From: Acutalibacteraceae bacterium
GTDB taxonomy: Bacteria; Bacillota; Clostridia; Oscillospirales; Acutalibacteraceae
Direction: 5' to 3'
Assembly (NCBI GenBank): GCA_045532395.1
Contig: JAZSFV010000146.1
Location: 1-38,863 of the forward strand
Length of the DNA: 38,863 nt
In this document: positions 33,224-38,863 of the stretch, piece after piece
How the letters are laid out: each line of letters begins with the position of its first letter
Numbering within the stretch: the stretch's first letter is position 1
Translations under genes and position numbers: made by a program
Notes under the pieces: model-generated
The model's input: only the letters and a program-made list of their open reading frames with translations
Told to the model about the DNA's origin: nothing
Databases searched by the model: none

Positions 33224-33382
33224 TCATTCTTTTTTACTATGGCAAAATTCTTTATTTGCACAGCTTCCGCATCCGCAGGAGCAAGAACTTTTGCCGTTTT
33301 TCTTGTTTTTTATGCCCTTTATCACAATTGCAAGGAAAATTACAACCACAATTGAAAGGACTAAAATCGTCTGCCAATTCAT
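33224..33382 (-). CDS. FeoB-associated Cys-rich membrane protein (52 aa)
   Basis: Absent from the ORF track. MNWQTILVLSIVVVIFLAIVIKGIKNKKNGKSSCSCGCGSCANKEFCHSKKE has one TM plus a CxCxCxxC cluster. The AAGGAG RBS overlaps the feoB stop codon. Confidence 0.75.
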   Translation of the reverse strand: MNWQTILVLSIVVVIFLAIVIKGIKNKKNGKSSCSCGCGSCANKEFCHSKKE

Positions 33383-33394
33383 AATTTTTTCTCC

Positions 33395-35578
33395 TTATTT
33401 TTTTAAGGAATTTGTTTTATTTTTATTTTTTCTTGCAAGTAAATACACCATAAGTGCGAAAACTGCTACTGCCGCACCTGTAAGGAAAGTGAAGTTTCCT
33501 GTCACAAAGAATGTTCCGAACTGATAAACCATCAGAGAAATTGCGTAAGCAAAAACACACATGTAGCCGATTGCCGCGGCAGTCCATTTTGCACTGTTCA
33601 TTTCTTTTCTGATTGCGCCCATAGCAGCAAAGCAAGGAGCACAAAGAAGGTTAAATATCATAAAGGAATATCCTGCAAGTTTACTTCCGTCAAAGAATTC
33701 CATGCCCATTGAAACATAATCTTCTCCTGCAGTAGAAAGTGCACCGAATACACCTACAACTTCTTCTTTCGCAACAAGACCGAGAATTGTTGCAACTGCC
33801 GCCTGCCATCTGCCGAAGCCGAGAGGCTTGAATATTACTGCAATGGCGCTGCCGATTACGTTGAGAACTGAGTTTTCATCACCTGTTATAAAATGGAATC
33901 CGCCCTCAAATGAAAGATTGTTAAGCGTCCAGATAACAATGCTTGCCGCAAGAATAACACTACCTGCTCGTTTAATAAACGACCAACCACGCTCCCACGT
34001 TGTTCTTAAAACATTTGATGCTAACGGCATATGATAAGCGGGAAGTTCCATAACAAAAGGTGAAACATCTCCTCTGAAAGCCTTAGTTTTCTTGAGTATG
34101 ATACCTGAAATTACAACTGCCGCAACACCTACAAAATATGCTGATGTGGCAATAAATGAATTTCCGCCAAAAAGTGCACCTGCAATCATACCAACCATAG
34201 GCATTTTTGCACCACAAGGGATAAAAGCAGTTGTCATAATTGTCATTCGTCTGTCACGCTCAACTTCAATTGTACGCGATGCCATAATGCCGGGAACACT
34301 GCAGCCTGAGCCCACAAGCATGGGGATAAAGCTTTTTCCTGAAAGACCGAATTTCCTGAAAAGTCTGTCCATGATAAATGCAACACGGGACATATAGCCG
34401 CAATCTTCAAGAAGCGAAAGCATAAGGAAAAGAACTACCATCTGCGGCACAAAACCAAGCACTGCACCTACTCCGCCTACAATTCCGTCCATAACAAGGC
34501 TGTAGAGCCATGGTGCAATTACGGGTGTGCCGTCAGGTGAAAGTAAAACTTTATCAAGAAGCTCGGGAACACTTAACCAATTTCCCATAAAGTTTGGAAG
34601 CTCCCCTGCTGACACCAATTCTTTAAAAGAGCCGAACAGACCGTCATTCATGAAAACAACTGTCCAATCGCCTATAGTGCCGATTGAAAGAGTATAAACT
34701 ACAAACATAATAAGTGCAAAAATCGGTAATGCAAGAATTCTGTTAGTAAGTATTTTATCAATTTTATCAGACGTTGTCAGTTTGCCTGCATTCTTTTTCT
34801 TGTAACAACCGTCAAGCACTCTGCCAACATAAATATAACGGTCGTTTGTAATTATACTTTCCGCATCGTCATCGTATTCTTTTTCAACGTGGCAAATGTC
34901 CTTTTCAATGTGTTGAAGAATATCTTTATCAAGCTTTAACTGTTCAATAACTCTCTTATCACGTTCAAAAATTTTGATTGAATACCATCTCTGCTGTGCT
35001 TCCGGAAGATTATGTACCGTTGCTTCTTCAATGTGCGCAAGGGCGTGCTCAACTTCACCTGAAAAAATATGTGCGTGTACAGGTTTGTGGCTTTTTGCTG
35101 CTTCAATTGCCGCTTCAGCCGCTTCAATTGCACCCTCACCTTTAAGTGCAGAAACTTCAATAATTTTACAACCAAGTTTCATTCCTAATTTTTCAATATC
35201 AATTTTATCACCGTTTTTTCTTACAATATCCATCATATTAATGGCTATTACAACAGGAATGCCAAGCTCCATAAGCTGAGTTGTAAGATAAAGGTTTCTT
35301 TCAATATTAGTGCCGTCAACAATGTTTAAAATTGCATCAGGACGCTCGTTTACAAGGTATTTTCTCGCAACTACTTCCTCAAGAGTATAGGGCGACAAAG
35401 AATAAATACCGGGCAGGTCTGTTATTATAACCGAATCGTTTCTTTTAAGTTTTCCCTCTTTTTTCTCTACGGTCACACCGGGCCAGTTGCCTACATACTG
35501 GTTAGAGCCTGTAAGCAGGTTGAACAATGTTGTTTTACCGCAGTTAGGGTTGCCTGCAAGTGCAATCTTCAATTCCAT
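33395..35578 (-). CDS. feoB: Ferrous iron transport protein B
   Basis: G-domain IALAGNPNCGKTTLFN and DLPGIYSL, plus a polytopic membrane domain. Start moved to the ATG at 35578 (MELKIALAG). Confidence 0.95.
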   Translation of the reverse strand: MELKIALAGNPNCGKTTLFNLLTGSNQYVGNWPGVTVEKKEGKLKRNDSVIITDLPGIYSLSPYTLEEVVARKYLVNERPDAILNIVDGTNIERNLYLTTQLMELGIPVVIAINMMDIVRKNGDKIDIEKLGMKLGCKIIEVSALKGEGAIEAAEAAIEAAKSHKPVHAHIFSGEVEHALAHIEEATVHNLPEAQQRWYSIKIFERDKRVIEQLKLDKDILQHIEKDICHVEKEYDDDAESIITNDRYIYVGRVLDGCYKKKNAGKLTTSDKIDKILTNRILALPIFALIMFVVYTLSIGTIGDWTVVFMNDGLFGSFKELVSAGELPNFMGNWLSVPELLDKVLLSPDGTPVIAPWLYSLVMDGIVGGVGAVLGFVPQMVVLFLMLSLLEDCGYMSRVAFIMDRLFRKFGLSGKSFIPMLVGSGCSVPGIMASRTIEVERDRRMTIMTTAFIPCGAKMPMVGMIAGALFGGNSFIATSAYFVGVAAVVISGIILKKTKAFRGDVSPFVMELPAYHMPLASNVLRTTWERGWSFIKRAGSVILAASIVIWTLNNLSFEGGFHFITGDENSVLNVIGSAIAVIFKPLGFGRWQAAVATILGLVAKEEVVGVFGALSTAGEDYVSMGMEFFDGSKLAGYSFMIFNLLCAPCFAAMGAIRKEMNSAKWTAAAIGYMCVFAYAISLMVYQFGTFFVTGNFTFLTGAAVAVFALMVYLLARKNKNKTNSLKK

Positions 35579-35597
35579 TAATCTTAATCCTTTCACG

Positions 35598-35613
35598 GTT
35601 AGTTTTCACTAAC
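35598..35613. promoter_or_regulatory. Palindrome GTTAGT-TTTC-ACTAAC between feoA and feoB
   Basis: Shares both half-sites with the palindrome upstream of feoA. Confidence 0.4.
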
Positions 35614-35651
35614 TTATCAACAAAAAACATCAGGGCTTACTGCCCTTTTGT

Positions 35652-35873
35652 TTATTCTATTTCAATCATCTGTGCATCGGCTTTACGCAAAGACAGTTCA
35701 TATCCGCGTACTCTTACTTCAATCGGGTCGCCTAAAGGTGCTGCTTTTCTTACGTAAATTTCCACACCTTTTGTAATGCCCATGTCCATAATGCGTCTTT
35801 TGAGTGCGCCTTCACCATGAAGTTTCACAACTTTCACTGTAGAGCCGATTCTTACATCTTTTAATGTTTTCAT
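35652..35873 (-). CDS. feoA: FeoA-family protein
   Basis: SH3-like FeoA motif VKVVKLHGEGALKRRIMDMGITKGVEIYVRKAAPLGDPIEV. The second ATG (35873) has the better spacing to AAGGAG. Confidence 0.85.
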   Translation of the reverse strand: MKTLKDVRIGSTVKVVKLHGEGALKRRIMDMGITKGVEIYVRKAAPLGDPIEVRVRGYELSLRKADAQMIEIE

Positions 35874-35890
35874 AATCATTCTCCTTGCAC

Positions 35891-35908
35891 AGTTAGTCTA
35901 GACTAACT
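35891..35908. promoter_or_regulatory. 18-bp perfect palindrome AGTTAGT-CTAG-ACTAACT (candidate metalloregulator operator of feoAB)
   Basis: Lies between the predicted -10 and the RBS of feoA. Confidence 0.5.
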
Positions 35909-35916
35909 ACATATAT

Positions 35917-35945
35917 ATAATAATAAAAACAACAAAAAAAGTCAA
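35917..35945 (-). promoter_or_regulatory. Sigma-A-type promoter of feoA-feoB
   Basis: On the minus strand: TTGACT, 17 nt, then TATTAT. The palindrome starts about 8 nt downstream of the -10. Confidence 0.55.
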
Positions 35946-36026
35946 TATTTTTCCGTTGTTTTTTTATTTTTGTAATTTCTTATAATAAGTTATTTTCAGA
36001 GGGTTTGTACGTTTTGGAAAAATACA

Positions 36027-36058
36027 CAAAAAAATCAGGGCAGATTTTTCTGCCCTGA
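36027..36058 (-). terminator. Rho-independent terminator of the NSS transporter gene
   Basis: TCAGGGCAG...CTGCCCTGA followed on the minus strand by TTTTTTTG. Confidence 0.85.
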
Positions 36059-36064
36059 AAAATT

Positions 36065-37438
36065 TTAAAGTTTCATAATTCCGAAAGCATCAAGAACTGA
36101 AGAAACGAGAATAAGTGTGATAAACACAGGAGCGATATATTTGATAACTACAGTAAAGAGAGTTTTTGCTTTAAATTTACCGCCAATTTCAATTTCTTCA
36201 ATAAGTGCTTTGGGTTTGAGAACATAACCTACAAAGATGCAGGTAAGAAGTGCCACAATCGGCATGATTACGCTGTTACTTATAAAATCAAAGAACGTGA
36301 GTATATCGTCAAGACCCAAAGGTTTGATGTCGCTTAAAACGCCGAAGCCGAGTGCTGACGGAAGACCGATAATAACAGAACCTAAGAAAACAACAACACA
36401 AGTAACCTTTCTCTTCCAACCTGTTTTATCCATGATAATTGAAACAACTGTTTCCATAAGTGAAATTGAAGAAGTAAGTGCTGCGAAAAGCACAAGAAGG
36501 AAGAAGAGTATACCAACTATTCTGCCGGCTACTGGACCCATAAATTCAAAAACTTTAGGAAGCATTACAAACATAAGGCTGGGACCTTTGCCAACGTCTG
36601 CTTCTCCGCCTGAGAAAGCAAAAACAGCAGGAATAACCATAAGACCTGCAAGGAATGCAATACCTGTGTCAAAAAGTTCAATCTGTCTTACTGACTTTTC
36701 AATGCTTACTTCTTTCTTCATGTATGAGCCGTAAGTAATCATAATACCCATAGCAAGTGACATTGAGTAGAAAAGCTGACCCATGGCTGCAAGAAGTGTT
36801 TTACCTAATTTGCCGAGTGTGAAACCATCGAAATTAGGGATAATATAATATTTAACACCTTCCATAGCACCGGGTAATGTCATTGAATAAATCGCAATAA
36901 AAATTGTAAGTGCAATAAGTATAGGCATCATGAATTTGCTTACTTTTTCAATGCCTTTTTCAACGCCCAGAAGAACAATAATTGCAGTAACGCCAAGGAA
37001 AAGCAGGAAGTATCCGATTGACGGACCTGTGTTTGAAACGAAGTTTCCGAAATAGCTGTCGCCTGCAGCCGCCGCAACATCGCCCTTGACATAAACGGTC
37101 ATATATTTTGTAACCCAACCGCCGATTACTGAATAGTAAGGAAGTATTATTGCAGGTACAACAGCACCGAACCAACCGATGAATGAGAATTTCTTATTAA
37201 GTTTGCCGTAAGCATTGATTGCACTCTGTCCTGTTTTTCTGCCTATTGCGATTTCAGTGCACATAAGTGCAAAGCCAAAAGTTATAGCAAGCAAGAGATA
37301 AACGAGAAGGAAAATTCCTCCGCCGTACTGAGCCGCAAGATAAGGAAAACGCCATATATTTCCAAGTCCTACAGCAGAACCTGCAGCAGCAAGAACAAAA
37401 CCAATCTTGCCTGTGAAACTGCTTCTGCTTTTTTCCAT
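36065..37438 (-). CDS. Sodium-dependent transporter, SNF/NSS family
   Basis: GFVLAAAGSAVGLGNIWRFPYLAAQYGGG signature. 457 aa with about 12 TM segments. Confidence 0.9.
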   Translation of the reverse strand: MEKSRSSFTGKIGFVLAAAGSAVGLGNIWRFPYLAAQYGGGIFLLVYLLLAITFGFALMCTEIAIGRKTGQSAINAYGKLNKKFSFIGWFGAVVPAIILPYYSVIGGWVTKYMTVYVKGDVAAAAGDSYFGNFVSNTGPSIGYFLLFLGVTAIIVLLGVEKGIEKVSKFMMPILIALTIFIAIYSMTLPGAMEGVKYYIIPNFDGFTLGKLGKTLLAAMGQLFYSMSLAMGIMITYGSYMKKEVSIEKSVRQIELFDTGIAFLAGLMVIPAVFAFSGGEADVGKGPSLMFVMLPKVFEFMGPVAGRIVGILFFLLVLFAALTSSISLMETVVSIIMDKTGWKRKVTCVVVFLGSVIIGLPSALGFGVLSDIKPLGLDDILTFFDFISNSVIMPIVALLTCIFVGYVLKPKALIEEIEIGGKFKAKTLFTVVIKYIAPVFITLILVSSVLDAFGIMKL

Positions 37439-37504
37439 GTTTTCAACCTCCGGAACATAATTATTTATACATTATATCAGCATTTGTCTTATTCGTCAAC
37501 TTTT

Positions 37505-38863
37505 TCACTTTAAAGTTACTATTGTTACACCGTTTTCGCCCTCGCCGTAAATGCCGAGACGGTAACTTTTAACAAAACGGTTGCCTTTAAGATACTGCTG
37601 TACAGCACTGCGAAGAACGCCTGTTCCCTTACCATGAACAACTGTAAATTCAGTAATCGACAAACGGTAAGCAGTGTCAATATATCTGTCAAGAGTCATA
37701 ATTGCTTCGTCTGCGTTCATGCCACGTAAGTCAACCTTTGTTTCTGCCTTTGCGGTGCTTCGTGCTTCAAAGTTTGAAGTTCCGCTTCTTTTGGGCGGAG
37801 TTTTCTTCGGCTCTTTGTTTTCCATAAGCCTTAAATCAGAAATATGAACTCTCGTCTTTATAGCGCCTGCAACAACGCCCACTTCACCTTTCTTATCAGG
37901 CAAAGATGTAACTTCCGCCTGCTTTGCAAGGCTTGCGATAACAACATGGTCGCCGATTTTAAGGTCACGGGGCAATACATAATCATCATCTTCTGCAAGG
38001 TTCATAACAGGGTCTGCCGCACTGTCTATAGATTCAAGACCTTTCTTCATAGCAGACCTTGCTCTACGTGCTAAATCAGACGCATCCTTTGTCTTTTTCT
38101 GCTCTTTTCTCAAAGCATCAATTTCATTAAGAAGTGCGTAGCTTTCACGTCTTGCGCCTTCAACGATTTTGACCGCTTCGTTGCGTGCTTTTTCGATTTC
38201 TTTTTCACGTATAACTGAAAGTTCTTCTTTTTGTTTTGTAACTTCTTCTTTAAGTCTCTCTGCTTCCTTAAGGGCTTTTTCTGCCTTTTCTTTTTCTTCT
38301 TCCATCAGTTTACGTGTGTTTTCAAGCTTGTCGTAAACTGCTTCAAAACGAGTGCTTTCAGTGTCAACCAATTCTCGTGCTCTGTCTACAATTTCCCCGT
38401 TCATTCCAAGTCTTTCGGAAATTGCAAAAGCATTTGATTTACCCGGCACACCGATTAAAAGCTTATATGTGGGACGTAATGTTGCAACATCAAATTCGCA
38501 AGAGCCGTTTTCTACTCTGGGAGTATCAACCGCGTAAGATTTAAGTTCTGCATAGTGTGTTGTTGCGCCGATTTTTGCACCGTTTATGTGAAGCCTTTCA
38601 AGAATTGCAGTGGCAAGTGCTGCACCTTCAACAGGGTCAGTACCTGCTCCTAATTCGTCAATAAGAACAAGGCTTTTTTCACCTGCAATGTTAAGTATTT
38701 CGATAATATTTGTCATATGAGCACTGAAAGTTGAAAGTGACTGCTCAATGCTCTGCTCATCGCCGATATCTGCAAGAATATTTTCAAAAACTGAAACACG
38801 GCTTCTGTCAGATGCAGGAATCATAAGCCCGCACATCGCCATCATAGACATAAGCCCAAGCGT
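37505..38863 (-). CDS. mutS2: Endonuclease MutS2, C-terminal ~450 aa (5' end lies beyond the window)
   Basis: MutS ATPase motifs LVLIDELGAGTDPVEGAALA, a long coiled-coil linker, and a C-terminal Smr domain DLRGMNADEA...VHGKGTGVLR. The reading frame stays open to the window edge. Confidence 0.9.
   Translation of the reverse strand, partial: TLGLMSMMAMCGLMIPASDRSRVSVFENILADIGDEQSIEQSLSTFSAHMTNIIEILNIAGEKSLVLIDELGAGTDPVEGAALATAILERLHINGAKIGATTHYAELKSYAVDTPRVENGSCEFDVATLRPTYKLLIGVPGKSNAFAISERLGMNGEIVDRARELVDTESTRFEAVYDKLENTRKLMEEEKEKAEKALKEAERLKEEVTKQKEELSVIREKEIEKARNEAVKIVEGARRESYALLNEIDALRKEQKKTKDASDLARRARSAMKKGLESIDSAADPVMNLAEDDDYVLPRDLKIGDHVVIASLAKQAEVTSLPDKKGEVGVVAGAIKTRVHISDLRLMENKEPKKTPPKRSGTSNFEARSTAKAETKVDLRGMNADEAIMTLDRYIDTAYRLSITEFTVVHGKGTGVLRSAVQQYLKGNRFVKSYRLGIYGEGENGVTIVTLK

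Noticed and set aside
33045-33524. 159-aa plus-strand track ORF across the feo 3' region
   Set aside because: It runs through two terminator hairpins and the CT tract, and lies antisense to the Cys-rich ORF and feoB. Its composition is low-complexity. I treat it as spurious.

Overview
38.9-kb chromosomal segment of a low-GC, endospore-forming Firmicute (Clostridia-like: spoIIR present, many TTG/GTG starts, strong GGAGG-type RBSs). I call 39 protein-coding genes and one tRNA-Lys(UUU). Two genes are cut by the window edges and four are absent from the supplied ORF track. There is no rRNA, CRISPR, transposase or integrase. Most of the window is core or housekeeping: a Wzz-like protein, DUF421, an LtaS-like transferase, NUDIX, the ACT+DUF711 pair, PHP phosphatase, ispE, spoIIR, a RumA-type methyltransferase, GtrB/GtrA-like genes, YhhN, a split ChrA pair, a metallophosphoesterase, feoA-feoB plus a Cys-rich mini-protein, an NSS transporter and mutS2. 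Interleaved with these are exported glycan-active proteins: two parallel beta-helix proteins, GH30-like, GH140/DUF4038-like and GH5. The one clearly accessory block is 19.9-25.7 kb on the minus strand. It is a compact nine-gene operon encoding a sigma-region-4/XRE fusion regulator, a 71-aa ORF, two large phage-fibre-like proteins (one with BspA-type LRRs), XkdX, two small membrane proteins and an M15 endolysin. A perfect Firmicute LexA (Cheo) box sits in its promoter region and a terminator closes it. No capsid, terminase, tail tube, tape measure, baseplate or integrase gene lies anywhere nearby. I flag it as a candidate SOS-triggered, lysis-released fibre/LRR module that resembles a PBSX late-operon tail end. 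A decayed prophage remnant is the main alternative. Other unexplained structure: a 210-bp element whose 32-bp inverted termini are built from 7-nt AATGCAR repeats, with a solo copy 21 kb away. There is an array of six perfect stem-loops in 175 bp. Twin GTTAGT-N4-ACTAAC palindromes sit at the feo operon. Twin GTCACATTGTGAC palindromes lie next to a 50-nt CT tract. All functional calls come from reading motifs by eye. No database search was run.
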